Counted from the stretch's first letter, positions 45,025 through 54,470 are shown. The stretch: 64,000 nucleotides of DNA from Candidatus Caenarcanales bacterium (GCA_041737745.1 JBGSRC010000007.1:92678-156677); one strand, 5' to 3'. Notes: generated from the letters alone by a model not told the origin. Made by a program: numbers and translations.

Positions 45025-47922
45025 TCACATATAGTCGGGGCCACCAGTTGGTCCCCCACCAGCATTGGGGTCAGAACCACCACCGCTACCGCCAGCATTG
45101 GGGTCAGAGCCACCACCGCTACCGCCAGCATTGGGGTCAGAACCACCACCGCCGCCACCAGCATTGGGGTCGTTACCAAGAACACTACCGTTGCCGCCAG
45201 CATTAGGGTCAGCAGCGCCAGAATAACCTGGATCATAGTAACCAGAGTAGTCTGTTTGATCATCGTCACCTTGAGGATTGGAGACTATTGCCTCAGCTGG
45301 AGCAGCCACAGGTTCCCCAGCTGGGTTTTCAATTGGCAAGGTAGTAATGAAATCCCCAATAGTTGGCAAGGGCGAACCTGGATCATTAGGACCAATTAAT
45401 TCGTAAACATCTACTGGTTGTTGAAGGATAGGATCTCCTGAAGCGACTACACCAAACTGACCTTGTCCTTCACCTGTAGCAAACTCACCAGTTTGGGTCA
45501 AATCAGAAACTGGTATGCCTGTGGCCGCAGAAACTGCTGCTAGGGTCTCATCGACAGTCTTATTCTCATCGGTGCCGAAATAGTAGACATCACCACCGGG
45601 AGTTACAACGACAGAGACATAGTCGTATTCGATAGATACAGCCGGCTCAGATGGAGGACCTGGATCGTAAATAGGTGCAGTATACACCGGAGGTATAAAG
45701 ACTTCTGCTGGAGGTGTGAAGGGTTCCTGAGGAGGGTTATTGTCTGGAGGTGGATTGTCATCCGGAGGTGGTGTCGGATTGTCCGTAGGTGGAGGTGGAG
45801 TTGGATTGTCCGTAGGAGGTGGAGTCGGATTGTCTGTCGGTGGTGGTGTCGGATTATCCGTAGGAGGTGGTGTCGGATTGTCTGTCGGTGGAGGAGTCGG
45901 ATTGTCCGTAGGTGGTGGAGTTGAGTCAGGAACACAATTTGGAATTGGGCATTTTGGATCGATCTCTCCACAGCTATTGGTTCCGGGGACAGTCCCTTGA
46001 GGACTAGTACCTTCGGGGCAACCAGGATCGGGCAAGCAAACACAGGGCGCAGGACTCACATCAGGCGGAACACATTCTTTGATCGGACAACGAGCAGGTA
46101 TGCACTTGTCGAAGCATTCACCGTCAGAAAGCGAATCTTCAGGATTGCTCTTGATGCAGGGAGGAGCAAAGAGAGCTATTTTGACTACTCTCAAGGTGCT
46201 ACCACTGGGGCAGACTGGATCAGCTGGGCACTCGCATGGAGGCTTGAAGCTAGGAAATAGTGTCGGAGGGATGCTAGGAGAAGGCAGAACTGGGTCGCAG
46301 ATCTCAGAACCGGGCTCAGTAATTCCAGCAGGATTGCTGTAAACGACTCTGCCGCTAGCATCTTTGGCAACTACAGAACTATCGACTTTGGCACAGCTTT
46401 CATCGAGGAAAATCAAACCGCTAAATTCAAAGCGACTAAAATCAGCATCGACTAAATCCGGTCTAGCTCCTATGATTCCAGAAGTGATGTCACTCTGTAT
46501 AGAGAGCTGAAGACGACGGAAGTCAGCTCTATTGAGGCAAGACAAGGCTTCAGGATCGCTCACTACCGGTGGGAAGAAGGTGAAGTCAGAATCAAGACCA
46601 CCGATTGGAAAGAACTCAAACTCTATAGATCCATCAATGTCTAAACGATAATCGCACTCTAGATTCGGAGAGCTGCTAGGACTGACACTTGGGCTAACAC
46701 TTGGTGAAGTGCTGGCACTGGGTGTTGGGCTTGGAGTTGCACTGGGTGATGGGCTTGCAGTTGGCTCACAGACGAGCTTCCGGCAATTCTTATTCGGTAA
46801 ACATTGAATGAAGCATTCATCGCTTCCTAATCCATCCTTGCAAGGATTGTAGAAGAGAGGACCTTGATCGACTACGGCCGACCCTGATGGACAGACTGGA
46901 GCCACTGGGCACTCGCAAGGAAGTGGCTTGATAGTTGGGCTGGGTGAAGGACTCGGACTTGCACTAGCGCTAGCACTCGGTGACGGACTTGGGAAGACCA
47001 AGCAGGGATTGGTGATTACTACTGGGCAGTTCAGCTCTTCAAGAGCGATCTTTTGAATATTTTCTTTAGTAAGAGGTAACTCTAAAACATCTTTGACCCA
47101 CCAAATAGCGGTGACAAGGGCAGCATCTTTATCGGTTAGACGGCCATCGCCATCCCAGTCATAACTGATCGTTTTGCGAACCACTGCTTCGGTGAAAATG
47201 CTTCTATCGATTTTCTTGCTGAAGCTTCCGTCTTCTTGTCTATAAAATTCGTCAGCTTGATTGAGCAAAAAATTGAAGTCTATTTCTCCGGCCTTGAACT
47301 CTTTGTTCCAGACAGCATAGGCAAGGGTTAGAGCAGCATCGTCATCGGTAATAGCCGGTAGCTGTTTTGGCAAATCACTGCAGGCTGTTGGCTGAATGCT
47401 GGGGGGGATAGGGGTTGAAGAGCCGCCCGTAGGTTGAACGCTTGGTAAATTTATCAAGCAGTCATTTTGGAAAGGAAGACTGAGGCCTTGTGTTGTCTTA
47501 CTGGCCAAAGTGTTGAGGAAGGCTTCTATTTCTTGCTTACTTCTTTTTCCTTGACTGAGGGCATCTACTGTGCCAGAGTCAGCCAAATTGACTTTTTGAC
47601 CAAAGCCGTTCCAGTCATAGTTGAAGATACTAATAATCTGCTCGTCAGAGCGTTGTGCTCCTCTGCATGCTGCCTGATCGTTATCATCGCTACAAAAAAA
47701 ACTCAGATCCGCTCTGATGCTTGCCAGAAGCTGTTGGTCGCTTGCGTTTGGTCTGGCTAGTATTGCAGTTGTTGCTGCTTCTAGGATTCTGACGTCTCCT
47801 GAATTGAGATCGTTTATGGCGATCGGCGGAGGCAGACAAGTTACTGTTTCGGCTATGGCGCCTAGGCCAGCTGAAAAGAGAAGACTGGTGATGATGAAGA
47901 GATGAAAAAGCAGTTTGTTCAT
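45025..47922 (-). CDS. large secreted repeat-rich surface protein: N-terminal dockerin-like Ca-binding motifs, three Cys-rich modules, Ser/Pro and Pro/Thr linkers, C-terminal Gly-rich repeats
   Basis: Signal peptide; DWDGDGRLTDKDAALVTAIW and DWNGFGQKVNLADSGTV (dockerin-like Dx(D/N)xDG); three CxC-rich modules (PCECPVAPVCPSGS...); (PTPPPTDN)x7; (SDPNAGG[SG]GGG)x4. Confidence 0.7.
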   Translation of the reverse strand: MNKLLFHLFIITSLLFSAGLGAIAETVTCLPPPIAINDLNSGDVRILEAATTAILARPNASDQQLLASIRADLSFFCSDDNDQAACRGAQRSDEQIISIFNYDWNGFGQKVNLADSGTVDALSQGKRSKQEIEAFLNTLASKTTQGLSLPFQNDCLINLPSVQPTGGSSTPIPPSIQPTACSDLPKQLPAITDDDAALTLAYAVWNKEFKAGEIDFNFLLNQADEFYRQEDGSFSKKIDRSIFTEAVVRKTISYDWDGDGRLTDKDAALVTAIWWVKDVLELPLTKENIQKIALEELNCPVVITNPCLVFPSPSPSASASASPSPSPSPTIKPLPCECPVAPVCPSGSAVVDQGPLFYNPCKDGLGSDECFIQCLPNKNCRKLVCEPTASPSPSATPSPTPSASTSPSVSPSVSPSSSPNLECDYRLDIDGSIEFEFFPIGGLDSDFTFFPPVVSDPEALSCLNRADFRRLQLSIQSDITSGIIGARPDLVDADFSRFEFSGLIFLDESCAKVDSSVVAKDASGRVVYSNPAGITEPGSEICDPVLPSPSIPPTLFPSFKPPCECPADPVCPSGSTLRVVKIALFAPPCIKSNPEDSLSDGECFDKCIPARCPIKECVPPDVSPAPCVCLPDPGCPEGTSPQGTVPGTNSCGEIDPKCPIPNCVPDSTPPPTDNPTPPPTDNPTPPPTDNPTPPPTDNPTPPPTDNPTPPPPTDNPTPPPDDNPPPDNNPPQEPFTPPAEVFIPPVYTAPIYDPGPPSEPAVSIEYDYVSVVVTPGGDVYYFGTDENKTVDETLAAVSAATGIPVSDLTQTGEFATGEGQGQFGVVASGDPILQQPVDVYELIGPNDPGSPLPTIGDFITTLPIENPAGEPVAAPAEAIVSNPQGDDDQTDYSGYYDPGYSGAADPNAGGNGSVLGNDPNAGGGGGGSDPNAGGSGGGSDPNAGGSGGGSDPNAGGGPTGGPDYM
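45050..45181. repeat. 33-bp in-frame tandem repeat (about four copies) encoding DPNAGGSGGGS
   Basis: agcattggggtcaga(a/g)ccaccaccgctaccgcc reiterated. Confidence 0.75.
45730..45925. repeat. 24-bp in-frame tandem repeat (about seven copies, plus degenerate 15-bp copies) encoding PTPPPTDN
   Basis: ggaggtggtgtcggattgtccgta reiterated with minor variants. Confidence 0.8.
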
Positions 47923-48134
47923 GTTTTAAGAGCTACTCACTACTTTTCATATTCACTGTTTTGCTTTATCTAAACATTATTTGTTTTGGGGGATAGTCCT
48001 GATTGGCTGTTTTTTGCTGGGGTAAGCGCTTATTTCTTCAGATTTTGCGCTTTGTTTCTTTAGGGATATCTTGGTTTGAACTCCAAGAGGCGCTGAATAG
48101 CGCTTAAATCTTTCTATGTGACTCAGGGGTTTAT

Positions 48135-48160
48135 TGGGGGCGCAAGCCCAAAACCACCAA
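48135..48160. repeat. intergenic repeat module variant (GGGGTTTATTGGGGGCGCAAGCCC)
   Basis: Variant of the GGGGGTTTGGGGGCG..GCCCCC module; an adjacent GGCGCTGAATAGCGCT hairpin lies at 48090-48110. Confidence 0.5.
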
Positions 48161-48206
48161 TAATCACCAATAATCTAAAATAGAAGCAATAGAGTAAATC
48201 TAAAAT

Positions 48207-49073
48207 ATGCCAACTTTCGTACTGCCCTTCGAGAAAATGCAAGGCCTAGGAAATGACTTTGTGCTTCTACACCACAAACACCTTCCACCCAAAATCGCCC
48301 TAAAAGATTTAGCCAAAAAACTCTGCAACCGGCACTTTGGGATAGGAGCCGACGGTCTGATCATAGTAAAACCCCCTGAAGAAATAGGCGATTTTGCTTG
48401 GATTTATCTGAACGCCGATGGAAGCGAAGGGGAAATGTGCGGAAACGGTATGCGCTGCTTTGCTCGTTATGTCTATGATCGGGGCCTGACTAAATCCACT
48501 GGTTTCAGCGTTGAGACTTTGGCTGGCCTGATCGAACCTGAGATCCTTGAAGACGGACTAGTACGCGTCGATATGGGTGCTCCGATCTTTGAAGCAAGCT
48601 TGATTCCGGTGCTGAGCGAGCAGGGCGAAATCCTGAACGAGGAAGTCTTAGTGCTCGATCGAACTTTTCACTACTCAGCCGCCAGTATGGGCAATCCACA
48701 TGCCGTGATTTTTCTGAGCGAACAAGAAAATCTGAGCGATTTCCCCCTTGAACAATACGGGAGCGCTTTCCAAGCAGACCCGCGTTTCCCAGCTGGCGCC
48801 AATATCGGCTTTGCTAAACTGTCGGATAAGAAAAATAACTTTGAGTTGCGCGTCTGGGAAAGAGGTTGCGGGGCAACGCTCGCTTGCGGTACCGGCGCCT
48901 GCGCGGCTGTTGTCGTCGCTATTCGCCTCGGTCTGTGTTCCCGTGCTAGTGAATGCATAGTCCAGCTACCGGGTGGAAAGCTCAGTGTAGTTTGGCCGGA
49001 AACAGGCAATGTGCTGATGACTGGTCCCGCCCAATCTGTTTTTCTCGGTCAAATGGAACTGGAACTAGCTTGA
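48207..49073 (+). CDS. dapF: diaminopimelate epimerase
   Basis: KMQGLGNDFVLL and the two catalytic Cys regions (GNGMRCFARY and GTGACAAVV). Confidence 0.9.
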   Translation: MPTFVLPFEKMQGLGNDFVLLHHKHLPPKIALKDLAKKLCNRHFGIGADGLIIVKPPEEIGDFAWIYLNADGSEGEMCGNGMRCFARYVYDRGLTKSTGFSVETLAGLIEPEILEDGLVRVDMGAPIFEASLIPVLSEQGEILNEEVLVLDRTFHYSAASMGNPHAVIFLSEQENLSDFPLEQYGSAFQADPRFPAGANIGFAKLSDKKNNFELRVWERGCGATLACGTGACAAVVVAIRLGLCSRASECIVQLPGGKLSVVWPETGNVLMTGPAQSVFLGQMELELA

Positions 49074-49783
49074 GCCCACTTGACGAAGTCAGTGCCAGAA
49101 GACTAAATCAAAGTAAAAAGCGCAAACGAAGATTGGTGCTCGGTCTTTTGCTTGCTTTGGTTTTCAACGGATCTCTTCTCTATTTGTTTTTTAGTCGCTC
49201 CAGCCCAATCCCCAATCTTGAAGAGCTAGGTCTAAAGTCTGACACGCTGATCCCCGAAGGGCCCCTCTGGCTTCTCGAGTTCGATCGGTTGCGCTTAAAA
49301 AGAGAAATATTGGCCACTAATCCCCTCGTCACTGACCTAGAGCTGAAAGCCGTCTTGTTTCCCGGTGAGCCGCGTCTGCAAGTCAGCTACCAAAAAGATA
49401 AAGCCCTTGCTCGCTTCAGCAATGGCTGGATCTTGACCGGTAAGGGAAAAATCCTCAAAGACAAAAATCATCAATTTTTGCCGGAAGCCAGTATTCAATG
49501 CTCAAAAACCGAATGCCAAGATTGGCAAGATAGAGGCAAAGAATTGTTGGAGCTAGTGAGCGTGGCCAATGCTAGCTCACCGGAAAAGCTGATCGCAGTG
49601 CATTTAGTAGAGGGCACAGTCTTTCTAGAATTTGAGACATTTCGGGTTTCACTGGGTTTTTACGACAAAAATGGCCCCAAACGCCTGAAAAATCTAGCCA
49701 AGCTCAAGGACCGTCTAGACTGGAACAAAATCACTGAAATCGAGCTCTATAGTGGATCTAAAGGCAGAATAGTGGCGCAATGA
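49070..49783 (+). CDS. FtsQ-type (POTRA domain) cell-division protein candidate
   Basis: Short basic cytoplasmic N-terminus, one TM (LVLGLLLALVFNGSLLYLFF), then a POTRA-like region. The likely start is a TTG overlapping the dapF stop (TTGA); the ORF-track ATG at 48953 would overlap dapF by 120 nt. Confidence 0.4.
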   Translation: MSPLDEVSARRLNQSKKRKRRLVLGLLLALVFNGSLLYLFFSRSSPIPNLEELGLKSDTLIPEGPLWLLEFDRLRLKREILATNPLVTDLELKAVLFPGEPRLQVSYQKDKALARFSNGWILTGKGKILKDKNHQFLPEASIQCSKTECQDWQDRGKELLELVSVANASSPEKLIAVHLVEGTVFLEFETFRVSLGFYDKNGPKRLKNLAKLKDRLDWNKITEIELYSGSKGRIVAQ

Positions 49784-50709
49784 ATACTGCAAACAAAAAA
49801 TCTCCCCTCGTCTTCGCGATCATCGCTTTAGCCTCACTGAGCTTTGGCACTCTTTCAGTCAGCGCTGAGCCGACTAAAGCCGAAAGCAAAGCCGTTCAAA
49901 CCGGTATCTCCAAAGAAGCCTTTGAGCTGCACAAGCAAGCCTTTAAGGCCGCCAATAAAGACGACTTCACGGCCGCTATCGGTTTTTTACAGCGTGCAGT
50001 CGAGCTGGAGCCAAAATTTAGCGATGCTCTCTATAATCTGGGCTCTCTTTATTTGCATCAGGCCCAGTATCAAGACGCCTACTTCTACTTTCAGCGTCTA
50101 GTGACTATCGATCACAAAGACAATCAAGCTAGACTGCAAAAGGCGATTTGTCTGATTGGTCTAAAGAATTTTCCGGAAGCTGGCCTAGAGCTCGCCAAGA
50201 TCCCCAATGAAACTGAAGATTATTTGCGGGTGAATGAAATCCTCGAATTTGCTCTCAGCAAGCAACTAGACAGACTGAAAGATAGTCCCATCCCCACTCT
50301 CTACCCTGGCAAGAGCAGCACGCTGAAAGCCTATAGACAAATAGAATCTCCGACTGGCATCACTTCTGACGGGGAGAGTATTTATATTGCTGATTTTTTT
50401 AGTAATTCGATCAGAAGAAGCGCCCCCAATGCTGCCGAAGAGAATGGGTCAGAGCTCTTTCTCGAATCCCCACTACTCTCTGGGCCATCCAGCCTAGCCT
50501 TCGATCCGGTCAGCAATGCGCTCATTGTCGCCAATTATCGTTCTGGCAGCTTGCTGTCCGTCAACCTCAATAGCAAAGAGGTGACAGTGATCGCCACTGA
50601 GCTAAAGAAACCCTATGCCATATACTTGGGAGCCCGCAACAAGCTCTATGTCAGCGAGCAAGGTAAGAGGACAGTTTCGGTGTTAGACTGGACTGGTTCA
50701 GCCAAGTAA
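49780..50709 (+). CDS. secreted TPR-repeat plus NHL-repeat protein
   Basis: Signal peptide; TPR repeats (AIGFLQRAVELEPKFSDALYNLGSLYL...); C-terminal beta-propeller-like NHL repeats (IYIADFFSNSI, LVVANYRSGSLLSV, LYVSEQGKRTVSVLD). Confidence 0.6.
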   Translation: MNTANKKSPLVFAIIALASLSFGTLSVSAEPTKAESKAVQTGISKEAFELHKQAFKAANKDDFTAAIGFLQRAVELEPKFSDALYNLGSLYLHQAQYQDAYFYFQRLVTIDHKDNQARLQKAICLIGLKNFPEAGLELAKIPNETEDYLRVNEILEFALSKQLDRLKDSPIPTLYPGKSSTLKAYRQIESPTGITSDGESIYIADFFSNSIRRSAPNAAEENGSELFLESPLLSGPSSLAFDPVSNALIVANYRSGSLLSVNLNSKEVTVIATELKKPYAIYLGARNKLYVSEQGKRTVSVLDWTGSAK

Positions 50710-50720
50710 GCGTTTTTCTC

Positions 50721-51326
50721 TTGGAATACCCTAAACTCATTCTCGATTTAGTAGATTCTTTACGCCAATTTAGCGGGGTCGGACAGAAGTCGGCCCTGCG
50801 TATGATCTTTCAGCTTCTAGGCTGGGAGCGAGAAGAGGTCTTTTTGCTAGCTGAGCTTCTAAATAGACTTCGTGAAGAGATCGGTTCTTGTCCGGTTTGT
50901 TTTAATCTGAGCGAGCAAGGAGCGCTTTGCCTGATATGCAGCAATCCTAAACGCGATAAACGGATAATCTGTGTGGTCGCCAATGCTCGTGAGCTCTTTG
51001 CGCTGGAAAGAACGAAACAATTCAAGGGCATGTACCATGTCTTACAGGGCTTGATTTCGCCGATGGACGGAGTTGGTCCAGAAAAACTAAAAATTCAAGA
51101 GCTATTGGGTCGCATCGATGAGACTACAGAAGAGTTATTGTTGGCGCTCAGCCCCTCTACTGAGGGCGAGGCTACTTGTCTTTATTTGCGCCGATTGATC
51201 ACTAATTCTGGCAAAAGCTTGCGGGTGACTAGACTTTCTTATGGCATGGCGATGGGGGGAGACATAGAGGCTACTGATGAGCTCACTTTGAGTAAGGCGC
51301 TGGAATGGAGAAGAGAACTAGCTTAG
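50721..51326 (+). CDS. recR: recombination protein RecR
   Basis: C4 zinc finger (CPVCFNLSEQGALCLIC), Toprim domain and HhH N-terminus. Confidence 0.9.
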   Translation: MEYPKLILDLVDSLRQFSGVGQKSALRMIFQLLGWEREEVFLLAELLNRLREEIGSCPVCFNLSEQGALCLICSNPKRDKRIICVVANARELFALERTKQFKGMYHVLQGLISPMDGVGPEKLKIQELLGRIDETTEELLLALSPSTEGEATCLYLRRLITNSGKSLRVTRLSYGMAMGGDIEATDELTLSKALEWRRELA

Positions 51327-51543
51327 GCCGAATTGGAACGAAACATTGCTTTGGTCTCCTCGGAGACTTTCTGTTTTTCCTTGTTATCAAGGGGGGTGAG
51401 GGGAAGCTAAAGAAAAAAGTGATTTATGTGTGATCTAAGCTCAGCTTTGCACTCAACCCCCCTCGAAGGGAAAAGAGAAAGTGAGGAAACTCAAGAGAAA
51501 CTAGGGCAATGATTCGATCCAAACGGATCAAAGCTCAGCTTTG
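51327..51543. repeat. composite intergenic repeat region between the recR and fliR stops
   Basis: GCCGAATTGGAACGAAACATTGC immediately after the recR stop; GGGGGGTGAGGGG module; CAATGATTCGATCCAAACGGATCAAAGCTCAGCTTTG immediately after the fliR stop. Confidence 0.65.
51353..51380 (+). terminator. possible rho-independent terminator after recR
   Basis: GGTCTCC-tc-GGAGAC hairpin followed by TTTCTGTTTTTCC. The stem is short and the loop minimal, so confidence is low. Confidence 0.3.
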
Positions 51544-52317
51544 TCACTTGAAGAAATAAAGCTGCCCCAGCAAAACCTGTACAATCCGCCCCTGCAAAAA
51601 AGGCAACAAAAATAACAAAATAAATATCCCAATAATCGGCTTAGCCGAACGACTCAACTCAAAAGCATTGACCTGCTGAGCCGAACGCTGCATCAGAGCT
51701 AAAACGAAATCGACAAACACCAAAATAATCAAAAAAGGCGCCGACAAAACTACCCCTAAACCTAAAATATCACCGAATAATTTGATAATTTCCGGAAAAG
51801 TGATCCCCAATGCCCCAAAATCAGTGCCGTTTAGAGGAAATGTCCCAAAGCTCTTTTTGAGACCAATCAAACAAATCTCCAAACAACCAGCCTGCAAAAA
51901 CAAAACAAGTGCATAATTCCGAAACAATAAATTCATCAGCGTAGTAGGGCCAGTGCTCGGATTGACTATAGAAGCAAAATTGATCCCAAGTTGGAAATCA
52001 AGAATCTCACCGAGTGCCTCAATCACACAAAGTCCAAGCTTAGAAAGAAAACCCAGAAACAAACCAACAGCCAAATTCAAAACCAAAGCAAAAGGATAAT
52101 TGAACCCCGGAGTATTGGGATCAAAAGGCGTAACTACTGATGAAAGCATCAGGGAGAGGCTAAAGACCATGGCAACCTTGATCAGGTTCGGCAAATTCTT
52201 CTCGCCTAAAGCCGGCGCCTCGACAATGAAGCCCAAGACACGTGCCAAAATGAGTAGAAAATTACCCAACCATAAATCAAAAATCAACCTAAAATCTGAG
52301 GCGGAGAATAGCTCCAT
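51544..52317 (-). CDS. fliR: FliR/SctT-family type III (flagellar or injectisome) export apparatus membrane protein, solitary
   Basis: Aligns along its whole length with FliR, e.g. GEILDFQLGINFASIVNP (compare E. coli GEIIGLQMGLSFATFVDP). No fliP/fliQ/flhB neighbours. Confidence 0.7.
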   Translation of the reverse strand: MELFSASDFRLIFDLWLGNFLLILARVLGFIVEAPALGEKNLPNLIKVAMVFSLSLMLSSVVTPFDPNTPGFNYPFALVLNLAVGLFLGFLSKLGLCVIEALGEILDFQLGINFASIVNPSTGPTTLMNLLFRNYALVLFLQAGCLEICLIGLKKSFGTFPLNGTDFGALGITFPEIIKLFGDILGLGVVLSAPFLIILVFVDFVLALMQRSAQQVNAFELSRSAKPIIGIFILLFLLPFLQGRIVQVLLGQLYFFK

Positions 52318-54406
52318 GATTAAAAATTATATCGATCCAAACAGCGTTTTCCCCTTTCCTCTCGACGATTTCCAAAAGCAAGCGATCGAAAAGCTGATAG
52401 TCGGCGAAAGCGTTTTGGTCTGCGCCCCCACTGGTAGCGGCAAGACGGTGATAGCCGAATATGCAATCCATAGCGCCCTCGCCAACAACAAACTAGTCAC
52501 CTACACCACCCCGCTCAAAGCACTCAGTAACCAGAAATATTTCGATCTCTGTAGACTCTTTGGCTCAGAAAACGTCGGTCTGATCACCGGTGACCAGCAA
52601 ATCAACCGAACAGCGCCAGTCTTAGTCCTGACTACCGAGATCTTTAGAAACATTCTCTATAAGCCTGAGCAAGAAAAAGAAATGCTGCGCGATATGCAGT
52701 TTGTGGTGCTAGACGAGTGTCACTACATGAAAGACAAAGAGCGTGGCACCGTCTGGGAGGAGATTTTGATCAATGCTCCACCAAACATTCAGTTGGTAGC
52801 TCTCTCGGCCACTGTCGGCAATCCTAAGCGTATTGTCAGTTGGATGAATGAAGTGCATGGCAAAACTGCTTTGATTTTAAGTGATTTTCGGCCTGTGCCT
52901 TTGCGCTTTTTCTTCTTTGGGGCTGGAGGGTTGAAGCCGCTCCTCACACCACAAGGCAAAGCTAATCCGAGTCTGATTCCGCATAGCAATAAGCTCAAAC
53001 GTAGCAACCGTGATTTTCCGCATGGCACAGAAGTAATAGCCGCTCTCGCTAAGCGCGAAATGCTCCCCTGTATTTATTTTTTGTTTAGCCGCAAGGGCTG
53101 TGACGCTGCTCTCGATTTTCTGGCCTCTTCTTCGCTGCAACTGCTCAGTCCAGATGAACAGCGCCAGTTGAACCTCGAGCTAGACGAACTAGTAGAAGAA
53201 CATCCTTGGCTCAAAGATCATAAGCACCTCAGAGCCCTCCGCAAGGGGATGGCCGCTCATCATGCCGGTATGCTTCCGCTCTTGAAAAGCATTGTCGAGG
53301 TTTTCTTCCAACGAAATATGCTCAAAGTGGTCTTTGCCACTGAGACACTGGCTGCTGGGATCAATATGCCCGCTCGCACAGTCGTGCTTTCCCAGATCTC
53401 TAAGCGCAGTACTTACGGTCACCGGACGCTTACGGCCTCAGAGTTTATGCAGATGTGTGGGCGGGCTGGACGAAGGGGAATGGACGAGGTCGGCTACGCC
53501 GTAACGCTCGAGACTCCTTACGAAGGAGTCCTAGAAGTCAGTACGCTGGCTCTTTCGCCTCCAGAAGATTTGATCAGTTCATTTAGTCCATCCTATGAGA
53601 TGGTGTTGAACCTAGCGGCTCGGCATGACTGGAAGACTTGCAAGAGCACTGTGCAGCGTAGCTTTGCCCGTTTTGATTTGCAAGGACAAATTAAAAGTCT
53701 GCAAAACGATCTGATTCAAATCGGTGAATCAAAGAAGAAAGAAGCTTCGGCCGAGAAGCGCAAGGCGAAAAAAGCGAGCAAAATCTCCAAAGATCTGGCT
53801 CGACTAGAAGAAGTGCCTTGGCGTGACTTTGAACTTGCCGGTCATCTGCTCCAAGATCTTGATTATTTGGATGATGATCATAAGCCCACCAAGAAAGGCC
53901 TAGCGGCGGCTGACTTACGCACTGACAATATACTGCTCACCTCTGAGGTGCTTTTTTCCGGTTGTCTAAACGATCTGACTGTTCCTGAGCTAGCGGGCAT
54001 GGCCTGTGCTCTGGTCAACATAGAGCTACGAGGCGATCAGTGGCGGCGTACTGAGCAGTTTGTGCTCGGTGAAGATTTGCTTTCTGAGGCTGTAGCGGAA
54101 GTCTATAGCCAAATCAGGGAGCTTTCGGCGGCGCAGGTGGATCTGGAGATCAACTGTCCTTTACCTTTCAATCCCAACTCAATCAATCTTGGGATTACTT
54201 GGTCATTGGCTGAGACTTGGGAGGATTTCAAGCTTAGTTTTGAGCAGGAGGATGGTGATCTAGTGCGTGTTTTAAAGCAGGCAGGAGATTTACTGAGACA
54301 ATTTGAGGAATTTCCGGCTAGTTCTAGCCAGTTTAGGCGTAATGCCGGTAATGCTAGAGCTCTAATGCTTAGGCCACCGGTGAAAGACGAGCTCCAGCAA
54401 AGCTGA
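52316..54406 (+). CDS. Ski2-like superfamily 2 DEAD/DEAH-box helicase
   Basis: Q-motif/motif I FPLDDFQKQAIEKL...CAPTGSGKT, motif II VLDECHYM, motif VI QMCGRAGRRG. Start set at MIKNYI (52316), because the upstream ORF-track extension overlaps fliR. Confidence 0.7.
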   Translation: MIKNYIDPNSVFPFPLDDFQKQAIEKLIVGESVLVCAPTGSGKTVIAEYAIHSALANNKLVTYTTPLKALSNQKYFDLCRLFGSENVGLITGDQQINRTAPVLVLTTEIFRNILYKPEQEKEMLRDMQFVVLDECHYMKDKERGTVWEEILINAPPNIQLVALSATVGNPKRIVSWMNEVHGKTALILSDFRPVPLRFFFFGAGGLKPLLTPQGKANPSLIPHSNKLKRSNRDFPHGTEVIAALAKREMLPCIYFLFSRKGCDAALDFLASSSLQLLSPDEQRQLNLELDELVEEHPWLKDHKHLRALRKGMAAHHAGMLPLLKSIVEVFFQRNMLKVVFATETLAAGINMPARTVVLSQISKRSTYGHRTLTASEFMQMCGRAGRRGMDEVGYAVTLETPYEGVLEVSTLALSPPEDLISSFSPSYEMVLNLAARHDWKTCKSTVQRSFARFDLQGQIKSLQNDLIQIGESKKKEASAEKRKAKKASKISKDLARLEEVPWRDFELAGHLLQDLDYLDDDHKPTKKGLAAADLRTDNILLTSEVLFSGCLNDLTVPELAGMACALVNIELRGDQWRRTEQFVLGEDLLSEAVAEVYSQIRELSAAQVDLEINCPLPFNPNSINLGITWSLAETWEDFKLSFEQEDGDLVRVLKQAGDLLRQFEEFPASSSQFRRNAGNARALMLRPPVKDELQQS

Positions 54407-54441
54407 CAAAGCTCAGATTTACCCTCAGGCTTCAAAAAACA

Positions 54442-54470
54442 GGGGTTTGGGGGAGAAGTCCCCATTAAAC
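54442..54470. repeat. intergenic repeat module (GGGGTTTGGGGGAGAAGTCCCC) plus adjacent CGTTGGATGG..CCTTCCAACG hairpin
   Basis: The same family as 2325; the flanking inverted repeat CGTTGGA...TCCAACG spans 54469-54500. Confidence 0.55.

Noticed and set aside
45009-45269. 86-aa ORF, plus the alternate-frame ORFs at 45021-45206, 45603-46043, 45740-46000, 45997-46260 and 46079-46342, all inside the large surface-protein gene
   Set aside because: These are alternate-frame readings of the 24-bp and 33-bp tandem repeats and of GC-rich coding DNA. They give low-complexity poly-V/T/L or poly-G products, and all are fully nested in a 965-aa ORF with clear domain structure.
45730-45925. Regularly spaced 24-bp direct repeats that could be mistaken for a CRISPR array
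   Set aside because: The repeats are contiguous with no spacers, are in-frame within a long ORF (encoding PTPPPTDN), and there are no cas genes. This is a protein-coding tandem repeat.
52100-52315. N-terminal 72-codon extension of the helicase ORF
   Set aside because: It would overlap the fliR N-terminus on the opposite strand. Homology (Q-motif and motif I) begins right after Met at 52316, so the extension is non-coding in this frame.
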